DNA from: Zygnema circumcarinatum SAG 698-1b
Lineage: Eukaryota > Plantae > Zygnematophyceae
Length of the DNA: 64,000 nt
Assembly: GCA_037447605.1 (NCBI GenBank)
Contig: CM074819.1
Span: 2,283,580-2,347,579, forward strand
Reading direction: 5' to 3'
A program made the position numbers and the translations under genes. Below are positions 34,530 through 46,600 of the stretch, in pieces. Positions within the stretch are counted from its first letter, which is position 1. Each line of letters opens with the position of its first letter. The notes under the pieces are model-generated. The model saw only the letters and a list, made by a program, of their open reading frames with translations. It was not told the DNA's origin and ran no database searches.

Positions 34530-37500
34530 GTGAGCTGGAAGCAGGGGCGCATGCTCACTCAGCTAGTCGATGATTCTGCTCTAGTGGAGGGGTACACCGA
34601 AAGGGAGCAAATTGTTGTGGAACCGAGTCAGCAGACAACTTCTTCAGCCTATTCGGTGAATTCAGGAAAACAGAACGTATTTGAAGGTGGAATTTTCCCG
34701 AGGAAGGAGTATGACGATTCAATCGGTAGCGACAAAGGACCAATCTCAACTTCAAATAGTGCTAAAACTCGCTACTCACCTTCGTCCCTTGCTGGGACAG
34801 ATAAAGTTTCAGTTCCACACAACTGCAGGCCCAGCTCGCCATTGGGCATTCAAAAGTCTGAACGATCCACAGGCACTGCGGTCAGCCATGGCAGAGGCGG
34901 GTCCAACGAATGGAAAGGAATGCAGACAGATAAGGCCACGGCTAGGGAGTACACCCTTGATACGGAGCAGGTTGACAGGAGCACTGTGATAATCGATGAC
35001 GATATTGCAGAGGAGAATATCAATACAAGTTTAAGGGCGGAGATCCTGGCAGGGGTGACATCTGCTCAATTAAGTTCTCGTAAAACTCCACCGCTGAGCG
35101 AGTCGGCAGAAGCTTCAAAGCTGTTGAGACAAGTGCTTGACATATTGGGGTCTGGAGATGGCTCTGAGGTCACTGAATTGATGACAAATTGGGTTAGGAG
35201 TTTCGCAATACGGAGGAGAAATGCAGCGATGTCAGTGGGAGGTCGAAGTGAGGAATCTGTTTTCAAGAGAACAGAGAGAGTTAAGCAAGTCGATGCTCTT
35301 AGGAAGCTAGCCACCTACGTGCCGTACAAGGCGACAGCAAAGATTGTTAATTGTGTGATGCGGGAGCTTGGCGCGGCGGGACATGAAAATGTGGCATTCA
35401 CAATCTTTAAATGGATGCAGGTAAGCGTGTTAGGCCCATTACTCAAAGTAGGGTTGTTTAAAAAGCGGAGAGAAAAGGAAGAAGCTGTACCTTCCGGGAG
35501 CGTTGCGAGTGAAAAACGGAAGGTTTCAGATTGGGAAAGTAGCTATGGGTCCATCCGGTCTGATGCTACATGCAGCTGCACGCCATTGTCTCAAGATCGT
35601 GCTTACTTAGAGGTCACGTTTGTATGGCTGGAGGCGACATTTTGTAGGCTATTCTCGAAGCTGTCATTGCATAATTGCCTGTTGTTGAGCTGGTATGGCC
35701 GAATTCCGCAGCGTGCAAGGGGGGTTGGCCATTTCAATTTTGATGTGTGTGAATTTTAAAATCGGTGAGGACCTCTTCCTATGTCAGTGTTGCTGGAAGA
35801 GTTATTCACATCTGGAAACCGGGGCATTTTTACAGAGACAAGAGTGGTGTGCGCTGGACCCCCACTTGCACACCACAGTGATGGCGCTATTGGCGGAGGC
35901 TGGCGCCCCTAAACTCGCATCGTTCGTTTTTCGGGAAATGGTCGAAGGAGGGTGCAAGGCTGACATCATCACCTATAATGTGCTTCTTCATTCGCTTTTT
36001 TTGAGTGGATTTTCGGAGGCCGCCATGACTTTGTTCAAAGCAATGAAGCAAGGAGAGGGATCAGTCCTTCTCCCTTATGAAGCGGGGCAGGGGGCGGGGG
36101 CAAAACTATTATTTGAATCTCACATAGGTGAGCATAAAGGAAGAACGCCACAGGCAGAGGGAGGAGTCCGGGAAACCACAGTTGAGCCACAGAAAGTAGA
36201 ACAGAATATGGCCTTCAGCAGCAAGACGGATGATTTGCATGGTGGAACGTGGGTGTTTTCCAGCGACAACATCTGTCAACCTAATACGGGAACGTTCAAC
36301 GTTATCATGAATGCCCATGTGAGGGGAGCACACGGGATCTCAACCTGCCTGTCTCTCTTGGAAGAACTGACGACTCTTGGTCTGGAAATGGACACTATCA
36401 CACTGAACATTCTCATACATGGATACGCTTTGAGCGGTCGAGCACACGATGCTCAAAGCCTCTTTTCCACCCTTTCCGAGAAGAGATTGAAGCCGACTGT
36501 GGTAACATATAGTGCGCTTATCGCTGCATATTGCCGAGCAGGTACGGGGGCCCCGAACGCTGCCATTCGTCCTCGCTCGTCAGCTGCATTGTGTTGCTTT
36601 GCGTTGCGTTGCATTTTTAGTTACCTTGTCTGTCTGTGTTCCTCAAGACTATAGCAAAAATCAGTCTGAGAGTACTTTTTCTGCAGAAAAGTATGCTGAA
36701 CGAGGGGGGGATATATCTCGAAACCTGCAGGAGATCTGGAGTCTGCAATGGATATCCTACAGGAAATGTGCAATGAAGGCTGTCCTCCGAGCAGCATGAC
36801 CTACAGCAGTATCCTGGCAGCTGTTGGGAAGGAGGGAGACACTGTTGAAGCAGAAAGACTTTTGCAGGAGATGCGGAGGGCAGGCATCAAGCCGCACATT
36901 ATAACGTTCAATGCGGCTTTACGGGCTTATGCGGAAGCTGGCGATGTGGAGGGAGCAGAGGGACTTTTGCATCGCTTAAGCCGCGAGGGCTTGAAGCCTA
37001 CCGTGGCTACCTTCACTACTCTGATGGTAGCATATGTAAATGCGGGGCTCTACTCTCAGGTGCGAAAAGTGAAGATGCTTACATTCTGGGAGGGCCCAAA
37101 GGGTAAATGCATCTTCAAACTGTGAAAGGAAGCTGCCCCCTTTCTTGCATGTACACTCGTCCTGGCGCAAGCGGATGGCACAAGAACAAGGCATAGAAGC
37201 TGTCAACTTCGAATGCGACAATGCATAGTGTAGCTCATGGAGTTGTAACTGAATCCCCTGTTTGTGAAGCTGCACAACCTGTCGATGCATGCCTAAAGGC
37301 CCGTCTGTCTGCATGCACTAATCGGCCTACCTTGTGCACACAACCTTGCAGGTGTGGCCCATCCTGGAGGAGATGACCGCCGGCGGGTGTCCCCCCAACG
37401 GTTGGACCTTGACGACGGCCATCCGCGCGTGCGCGGCCGCGCGGCAGCCCCTCCGCGTGGCGGCCCTGCTCGACCGCGCGCGGACCCTAGGGGGCGGGGG

Positions 37501-38699
37501 AGGGGGCATAGGGGGCATAGGGGGCATAGGCCTCGCGCCGGCCACCTGCGCCGCCGCGCTCACCGCCGCGGCGCGCGCCTGCAGCACCAGCACCGCCCAG
37601 GACCTGCACGCGCTGCTCAGGGCCCTCGCCGCTGTGGAGGGACCGCTGGCGCAGGCCAGCTGTCGACTGCTCATGGGCCCAGGGCTGTCAGATGAGCAGG
37701 TGATTGGTTGGCTGGATAGAGAGGGGGGGGGGGGGGNNNNNNNNNNGGGTTGGTGGTTCTAGGGTGGCTTTGGTTGATGCTTCTCCATGGCTGTGGTTTG
37801 GTTCGTCTGCGGGTTTTAGCCATCCTCGAGCTGTTTCTCAACACACTGCCAGCGTGGCGTTGTGTCCTGTACGGTGAGGGTGTTGGAACGCGCTAACCCT
37901 AAGTTGAGTTTGTTTGCGGCCACATTGAGGGCGACTGCAGGTGAAAGCTGAGGTAGGGGGCCTTTTGGCCGCGTTAGGTCCGTCTGATCTGCGCACTTCA
38001 ACGATCTTCACTTCTGCTCTCCTCGATGCTCTGTGGGCTCTCGGATGGCGCCGGAGGGGGGCGCTCGTTCTCGGGGTTTGCATAGAGAGGGGTCTGCATC
38101 AAAACACGGCGTTTCTCTCCTCGAGTGAGCTGAAGCTCGATCTGCGACGTCTATCTGTAGGAGCTGCTCTGCTCCTTTTCCATCAGTGGCTTGCTCGGCT
38201 GTTCGCAGTTGCACATAATGCAACAAACAGTGACATTAGTGGCAGCGTGGAGGAACCTAACCTAGAGATTCTGTTGCCTCTGCTTCTCTCCACGAAAGAG
38301 GGCTGGAGAGGTCTGAAATCGGATCATGATGGTCTCGTAGTCCGTAAGATGGGAGACGACAATGAAAAGCGCCACCAACAACCTATCCCCTGGCAGGATG
38401 CAAGTCCGTATGCTTCAACTCCGGAGACGCTTCCAGAAGTATTGACAGTGGTGGTCGGCTGGGGCAGTCGTAGTCGCACGCAAGGCCAGTCTCTTATCCG
38501 CACGGCTCTCTGCCAAGAGATCGAGCGCCTGAAACTGCCCTTGCGCCCCGTGGAGGCGAACAGTCCCACGTGGGGCCGCCTGGCGGCTCGCGGCGACGAC
38601 CTGCGGCGCTGGCTGACGCGGTCCCGCAGCGCGCTCCAGCGGGCCATGCAGGACCGCCCGCCGCGGGACCAGGGCCTGCTGCCGCCGCCACGTGGCTGA
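34530..38699 (+). CDS. P-class PPR protein with C-terminal SMR domain (GUN1/pTAC2-like); 5' end uncertain
   Basis: PPR motifs such as DIITYNVLLHSLF, PNTGTFNVIMNAHV, PTVVTYSALIAAYCRAG, PHIITFNAALRAYA and PTVATFTTLMVAYV. The C-terminal ALLDALWALG...LDLRRLSVGAA...HQWL...LPEVLTVVVGWGSRS...GRL...WL is an SMR domain. The start may be upstream, possibly the ATG at 34100. Confidence 0.88.
37737..37746. other. Assembly gap (10 N) inside a G-run in an intron of the PPR-SMR gene
   Basis: Ns are visible in the sequence. Confidence 0.99.
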
Positions 38700-40691
38700 C
38701 TCTCGCTGGTCCCAACCCAGGTCTGCGGGGGGTTCAGACCGTCAGACCTTGTGCCCTCGCCAGCGAGGAGCGGCTGGAGCGAGGGGCATGACCGCAGAGG
38801 CAGCGCATTGCTGAGGTGCTTCTGGAGATGGCCATGCTTGCCAGGTCAGCCTTTGGTCGTTTTTGAGCTGTGTGTGGTTGTTATGATGGTCATGGTTTGT
38901 TTCTCGTTCATTGGGAGATGCTTGCAGAGGAAAACATTATTGTTGTTGTTGTTGTTCCTGGAATGTACGGGCGAGTACATCTCACAGAAATATCATGCTT
39001 GAGGTTGATTGAGTGTTTGGCGTGCTTATTGCCCGTTTGTAATGTGTTTGTATGGATTTGCGACAAGTCAAGTTTTATGGAATTTGTTGACTCTTGCTGA
39101 TATTGTCCTTAGCGGGGTGATTTGGGATACAGACACTGTTCTTTAGATGGCTGGGAGTTGGCTGTTCCCCAGTGAGCAGCTGCAGGAGCACTCCGAGGAA
39201 GTAGAGACCCCTTGCGCATGCCGCAAATATCAAAAGCTGTAGATCACATGCTCGTACAGAGGGCAAGGGAGGGAGGGAGGAGAGTGTGGAGGGAGGCTCG
39301 GGCAGAGCGCCTCCATGAAAAGCTTCATGTTGGGCAGGAAGGAGATAAGCGAGGGATTTTGTTAGAGTGGCATGTCTTCCTGCTTGCGTGCCTGGGCAGC
39401 TCCAGAGTGGTAGAAAGTGCCGCCGCTGGCTGCCCACTGACGGGTCCCGGCCGACAGGCCCGGTGAGGGGAGGACAGTTGAAGGAAGCTTTTATTGTTTC
39501 CCCAATATTGATTCATTCATTTTAATTCGTGCAATCTCTCGCAATAAATGGTATGTGCCATTGCCTTACGTAGGCAGCGTGCAGCTCTCTCTGTCGGCCA
39601 GTCAGTCTGTGAGTCAAGTTGCGCGGGTTGGCTGGCTGACCGACTGGCTCGACCATTTGCTGTCTTGAACACGCACGCGCGCGCGCATGCCCCACAGCGA
39701 GAGTAGAGCGGCGCAGCGGAAAACAAATAAACAAACAAACCTCCCTCACGGGGCTTTCGATAAATGAAACGTCACTTTATGAATACGCGACACGATGCGA
39801 CACGGTAATATCGGGCCCTCTCTCCCTCCCTCGCAGGAAAGGGGCGCGGCACGCAGTCGATGCAGCGTCGCGCTCCGAGGGAGGGGACGATACGGTACTA
39901 ACGATATGGTGCGATACGAGGCGGTACCGCCTGGGCCGGGCCGGGCCGGGGCACGCAACTTCCCGCAGCAGCCCGCCCGACCGCCTGCCCTCCCTCCGCT
40001 CCCCTCCCCTCCTCTCGGCTCGGCTCTGCCCTGCTCTTGCGCGGGCACGCTGCTGCCTGCCTGCCTGCCCGCCTGCCCGCCTGCCCGCCTGCCTGTTTGC
40101 CGGCTTGCAACGCATCCGCAACCGCTTTGATCTCCTCTGGGACCAGACGCTGCCCACAGATGGAAGCAGCTGCATTCTTTTGCTCGTAGTCGTACAGGTA
40201 ATGGACAGTGAGTGGCAAACGTCTGTTGCCCGATGATCGGTGAACCTCGTAACGCTAATCCGTTCATAAATGCAAAGCTAATCACGTTCAGCATAACTTC
40301 ATGGTCCCTACTGCACTGAGTTCCTCCTCTACACTGTTGAACAATAATTTTGCTATAAGATCAGGCCTATTTTAACGTTCTAGAGATAACGCAACTAAAC
40401 GAGAAAGCGTAAAGCTTTCGCCAGTGGTCAAAGAAGAAAAGAGCGTCACGCATGGCAAACTTTGAACTATCAGTTCTCTGCTGGCAGTGATTTTTCCGAA
40501 CAACTGTCCGAACTAATCAGAACGCTGATGTGGCATGATGTCAAATTTCGCATTCAATTGTGATTGATTGTAGATTTATAGGCTTTCCATCTTAAGAATT
40601 TCTTCTTTAACATCGACAAGTTTCGTTTTGCAGGGTGCGCTTTGAATGAGCTCCCAACCTTTTGAAATCACTTTTTCTCGCATATTGCATC

Positions 40692-43600
40692 ATGGCGGAT
40701 GCGGGGGGAGCTTTCATCACCAGAGCATTCGAGAAAATGCTCAAAGATGCGGGAAACCGCAAATTTGTGAAGCTTCAACAGGCTTTAAAATCCTATTTAG
40801 GTTTGTTTTAGGAAGAATTTGCTAGTTTCTGCCAGATTAGTGTCATGGCTTTCTCTACATTGGCAAGCTTGTCCTCATAAGCTACGCCATGATCATTATG
40901 TTCCGGTATTTTGACAGAGAAACAAATGTATGCTACATTGTTTGAGCAAGAATATAGTTCAGCATGTTCTCAGTAGCGCTGTAGTTCATTTGGTTTTTGT
41001 TTTAATGGCCATCAGTAACGCACATTGGTCGGTATTTTTGCAGATCGGCCCAAACATGACGTATTTTTGAATCTAGCTATAGATGACGACGGGTGAGTTT
41101 CCCATGTTTTAGCTGCTCTCAGAGCAACGAGGGGATAGTGCCCTTGTCCGATCAAATTCATACGAGGTTAAATGAAGCCGAAAGTTCAACGGCGCATCTC
41201 TTTCCTCGTTTGTTTCACTGGCTTTGTTTTTAACGAAAACATGAAGATAATGCTCTCCTTAACAAAAAACAAATTTAGTAACTTCACTTCACTAGTAATC
41301 CGAGTTTTTTTTTTTCCTTCCTGGCACTCTATTTTTTTTGAAAATGTAACTGCCGGAGGGACTATATGGGTTTTTTCCAGCACAAGCATATGTCTGTCAA
41401 GTTTCGTGTTGAAAGGACCTGTTGCTTTGTTGGCCTTTAGTTACACCTCAAACCTTAATGCCGAACATTGTGATCAGTGTGGAGAAGCAGGAGATACCTG
41501 CTAACGGGGAGGACACCGAGAATGCGTCAGCTGCATCTGCAGCGTCGGCTGCAGGAAGCCTCGAAAAAGATGAACAGTCTCTGCAGCAGAGCTCAGCCAA
41601 TGTCAATGCTGCCGCAACCATGGCAGAAGCTGGACACAAGCTTGAAGGCTACGAATCTGACATCATTATTAACCCCATCCGCTTAGCCATAGAGACTAAG
41701 CAGAGCAAGCTTATCGAAACTGCTCTCGACTGTCTTCATGTATGTTTCACTCCGTACACCACCACAACAGCACTCTGCTGCCAAGCCAGTTTACGGCCAC
41801 TTCGTCAACCAAAATCCCACGCATGCTGGAATGCTTTTATCAAGTGTGAAGGAACCTGTGCCGGTTCTTCAGGAGGCAGGGAATTTGTGAAGTAGTTGTC
41901 TTCTCTAACCATGCCTAGCGCTCCAAAAGACATCCTGATTATTTTTTGGAAGCTTACGTTGTTCTTGCAGAAATTGATAGCCTATGGACATTTGGAAGGT
42001 GAAGCGGGTGTTGAAGGCGGAGCAAATGGTTCTCTCGCAACGGAGCTCTTTCAGCTGGTCTGCAATTGCACTGATCATACTGCAGTCGACAGGTAAAGGA
42101 AAAATAATAGCTCCCTTTTTGCAATAGCCAGACGATATTGCGTTCGGATTTCACTCGTTGTTAGAGCCGACATCTGCAAAACGTGACAATTGTCCTGCTG
42201 TTGTTCTTCGTTTTTTTCCTGTTCAAAGGGTGGTTCATGTCGCTGACTTATCACTGTTCAATTGCTGGTGTGGGTGCAGTGTCGTCTTGCAGGTTATTAA
42301 GGTCATTTTGACGGCTGTTGCATCGACTACCTTTCAAGGTGAGCTTTCTCTAGGACCAGCCTATTCAAAAGATCAAGAGAACCCTTTTCTCCTGTTCATC
42401 GTCCTGGTTTTTTTTTCTCAAGTATGTGGCTGACACGACATGACTTTGCAGTAATGTGTGTATTCCCTCTGTTGCAGTGCATGGAGAATGCCTAATATTA
42501 GGCATTAGGACATGTTACAACATCGTTCTGAACAGGTAAGCTACTTCCTTAGCTTTTATCGCACGAACTTTGTAAATAACCTTCAAGTTTGGCCCATTCC
42601 TCTCTTTTCTGCACCCCTCATTCCCTGGCTGTCCATTTGTGTCATTCTTGCACCTGCCACTGCTGTTTTTTCCGACCTCTTGACAAAGCTCGTCCATGCA
42701 TGCTCCCGCGATAGCTATGTTCTTTCTTCTATTCTTCTTTTATCCTTTATTTGCTGCACTTGGGTCCCTCGTCAGCTAATGCTTCAGTCCCACCCATTGT
42801 TGTCCGCAGCAAGAACCCGGTGAACCTCATGACTGCAAAGGGCACACTTACTCAGATGATCAGTATTGTATTCAAGCGGATGGAGGCCTCTGAGCTGGGA
42901 CTCCCTGTAAGTTCTGCTAGACGCTTGTTTGCCCACATCGTTACTTCACGTGAAGGATTATGCGAATTCTTAGGGGAGCGAATAGGTTGTCCTTTAGTTC
43001 ATAACAAGCAAAGCAAGTGCACAAGCCATTTGTTCATGACGTTCGCTCGAAGGGCAGGTTGCTCGTGTTTCGTCAGACATTCGCTTCAAACTCTGCTGCA
43101 GTTACTAGATGCAAATGAAGTAAGGAGGCATTTTGTCAAAGAAGACTGGATCTTACCTTTGTATTGGTCAGCATCAAGTCCATGCAACCCTGAGGCACTG
43201 AAGAGCTCTCTTCTTGTATGTAGACAAATCAGCCAGTTCGACAGTATTCACAAATTGACCAGCCTTTCTCCCCAATTTCGGTCGACGCACAACGAAGCTC
43301 TGACAACAGCGAAGGAAAGCCACAGTCAGTTAGTATGGAGGACATACAGACTCTTGCAGGCGCGTCCAACATAAGGGGTCTTGAAGCAGTTCTGGAAGAG
43401 GCAGCACGCCCTCTTGGCGGTGGAGATCCAGATCAAGTGTAATTAGCCGGCCGCTCTGTGGATGAATGCTGTTGCTCTTGCCCTTCAGCCTTTAGTCGCG
43501 TAACCCGACTTCCTATGCTGACTGGTTAACAAGGCTGGTTGCCTGACGAATTGTACTGTGAATTGGCAAACAGGGCAATCAAGCTTGAGACCCTCGTGAT

Positions 43601-46600
43601 CAGTCAAAGGGATGCGCTGCTTGTGTTTCGTACTCTCTGCAAAATGGCCTCGAAAGAAGGCAACGAGGAGCTGATTGTGCGAACCAAAGTGTTATCACTT
43701 GAGTTGCTTCAGGTAGGCAGTGACGTTGTCCTTCCATAGGTCTCATCAATGGGCTTAGCCATTTGCTGCAATTGTAATTTGGAGGCCTGCCCACAAAAAT
43801 GAAGCTTTCCTTGGGCAGAACTATCGATTGATAAATTCCAGTTCTGGACTGCAGAAAGCGAATGACTTCCGCACGACACATGCTTACTCGTTGAAATGTT
43901 TTTCTACTGCTAAGGGGCTCGTTGTCAGGCAAAATTTCCAACCTTGCTCGATTCATTGTGCGCAGGGCCTGTTGGAAAGTGTGAGCCATGAGTTCACGGT
44001 CAATTTTGCTTTCATCGACTCCATCAAGTATTATCTATCGTCTGCCCTCGTCAGAGCATATGTGTCAAAGGTTGAGAAGGTTTTCCAGCTGGCGTGCAAC
44101 ATATTCGCTGTCTTGATTTTACGGTTTCGAGAGAGTTTGAAGGCAAGTGACCTCACATTAACCAGCGCCACTGCTACCCGTACCTTCAGAATGGATTAAA
44201 AGGAATGAGCAAGCGTGGTCAAAGGGATGCCCTAGCTCACCTGTGTATGCATGTACAGTCAATTTTTTTCATCGAAGGCAATGGAGTCGTGCAGCCCATG
44301 GCTGTAGGTAACATCTGTCGAGAAAGCCGATGGAATAGATCCGTTTGTTTAACAACAGAGGAAGTGAATGAAAGTAGACATTGGGCCCTCATATTTGAGG
44401 CCTAGCAGCCTGATGATCGATTTGAAATGTCGGCGCTATGCTGGGAGTTCTCTAGTAATCTGAAATCTAGCCCTCAGCTTGAACAGTTGGGAAGCTGCAA
44501 ACGTGGATAAATACAGCATTTTATTGTTCTGCCCGGGTTCTATCTGAAGTCTTCTATTTGTCACTGACGGCAAGAACATGCAGTTCAAGATTGACTTTTC
44601 TGTTTCTTTTAATCCTGTTCTCATTTTTCTTTTTTCTGAGCGTTCTTTACGTCTTTGGTACCTGCAGGCAGAAATTGCAATTTTCTTCCATTTGGTGGTT
44701 TTGCGCTCACTCGACAGTGCCGATGTTACATCCGTCCAGCGAACGATGGTTCTGAAGATGTTGGAAGCTTTGACCAATGACCCACAGATGCTGGCAGATG
44801 TGTTTGTGAACTATGACTGTGACCTTGAAGCGACAAACTTGTTCGAGCGCATGGTGAACTCCGTCTCCCGCATCGCTCAGGGGATGCCGCCCGGGGACCC
44901 GAGCACCCTCGCAGTTGCGCAGAACAAGGCACTGGAGGCTTCATCCTTGCAGGTACCCGCTTCTTCTCTTTTACCATTCTTGAGTATGCCGGCTTGTCAT
45001 ACTTAAGAATGCGTCCGTAAGCGCTTGTACATGAGGATAGTCACTGAAGCTTCTGAAGCTTCTCGTGTAGCTGACAGCAGACTGGAGTGGAGTAGACTTA
45101 ACCGGGCTGACAGGAATGACTGCTAGATGATGGACTGTTTTGAAAAGGTTGGGTTGTGACAAAAGCTTCTTTTGTCCAAGAGAATTCCCGCATATCGCTC
45201 ATTTTTGTGAGTAATTGCTTTTCCATCTCTTTTGTAAGCAGAGAGGACAAAGAGTCAGAGATCAGATTCACTCGTCACATCCTGCCAATTTCCGTTTATT
45301 CACTTTTATGTGTGAATGTAGCTTGTGTCTCTGGCTTGATAAGTTAACCGATATCTGGGGGATGCGAAATCAATCTGCTATGAGGAAAGCATTGAGCTTA
45401 GAAAGATTCTTATATCCCCTCTTGGTCAAATTCCAAATTTCTTGTCTTTGGTTGGCTGCACTGGCTTGGTCAGTGCCTAGTCAACATCTTGGCTTCCCTC
45501 GCTGAATGGAGCAAGCGCAATGAAGGGAAGCTGGACGACGGAGCAGCAGGGGAGGATCTGCCAACCGTGCCTGATGGCTCCGATGTTGTCAGCAAAGAGG
45601 AGGCTAAGGAGGCAAGCAAGAGCATCGGCTCACAAGCTGACCTTTTTGGAAAAGCCAAAGCCCATAAATCTATAATTGAAGCAGCTGTGAATGAGGTAGG
45701 CCATGGTGAAGACTTACATGAGACCCTATTTGTTGATGAAATGTGTTAGAGTACTTCTTCTGCCATTTTGTCTGCGCAATGTGTATGTTTCGCTTGTTAG
45801 TTCTGGGCCGGAGTCTTGACGGTTGCATCATGCCAAGATGAACCCACTACTTTATGCCTAGCTGTGGGACTCTGTGTTTGGGTTTTTAGAAAAGGTCTTT
45901 CAGACCAAGCTACTTCACTAATAGTTTGCCCACCCACTTTTTTGTTTCCCAGTTCAACATGAAACCTTCTAAGGGCATTGCATATCTGGAAAGCCATAAG
46001 ATTATTGGCCGAGAACCGGCAGCAATTGCCAATTTCCTACGTACAACTCCAGGACTTCATAAGGTGTGGCTGGAATGCTAGCTTCAGTTTGCCTGTTTTC
46101 GAAGCCATTACACAGAGGCGTAGTAGGTTAGAATGTTTGAGGAACTTCATTTGCCTTGCACAGATTCCGCTTTTACCAGCAGCGCGGGTTCATGCTTTCA
46201 AGCTCGGTCCTGCCAAAGAACGCTTCAGTGTCTCTCTGATTGATCCAAGGTGGCCGATATGGTGCCAGCAAAGAAGGATATTCTCAGTTTCCAAAGCAAT
46301 ACGCGGTTCTTTTGCCATATTTTGCCATTTAGGCACCAGTCCATGGCCCATTGGCTTGCCGACTGGAACATTGTCCAACTAGTGTTTCCTGTTGCTGCTA
46401 ATACAAAAACGTCAGCAAAGCTGGAGAATTACTATCTTCAATCTGCTATGAATTGGAAATTTCTCCAGGGGTGAACACCGCTGCATGAGACAGTGGCTGA
46501 CTAATAAGGTCTCATGTGGTTGTGGTTCATGATATAGCTCCTCATTGCCTCTCCACTTTCAGCGAGCTAAAACGCATTTATCTGAGACAGTGGTGCTATG

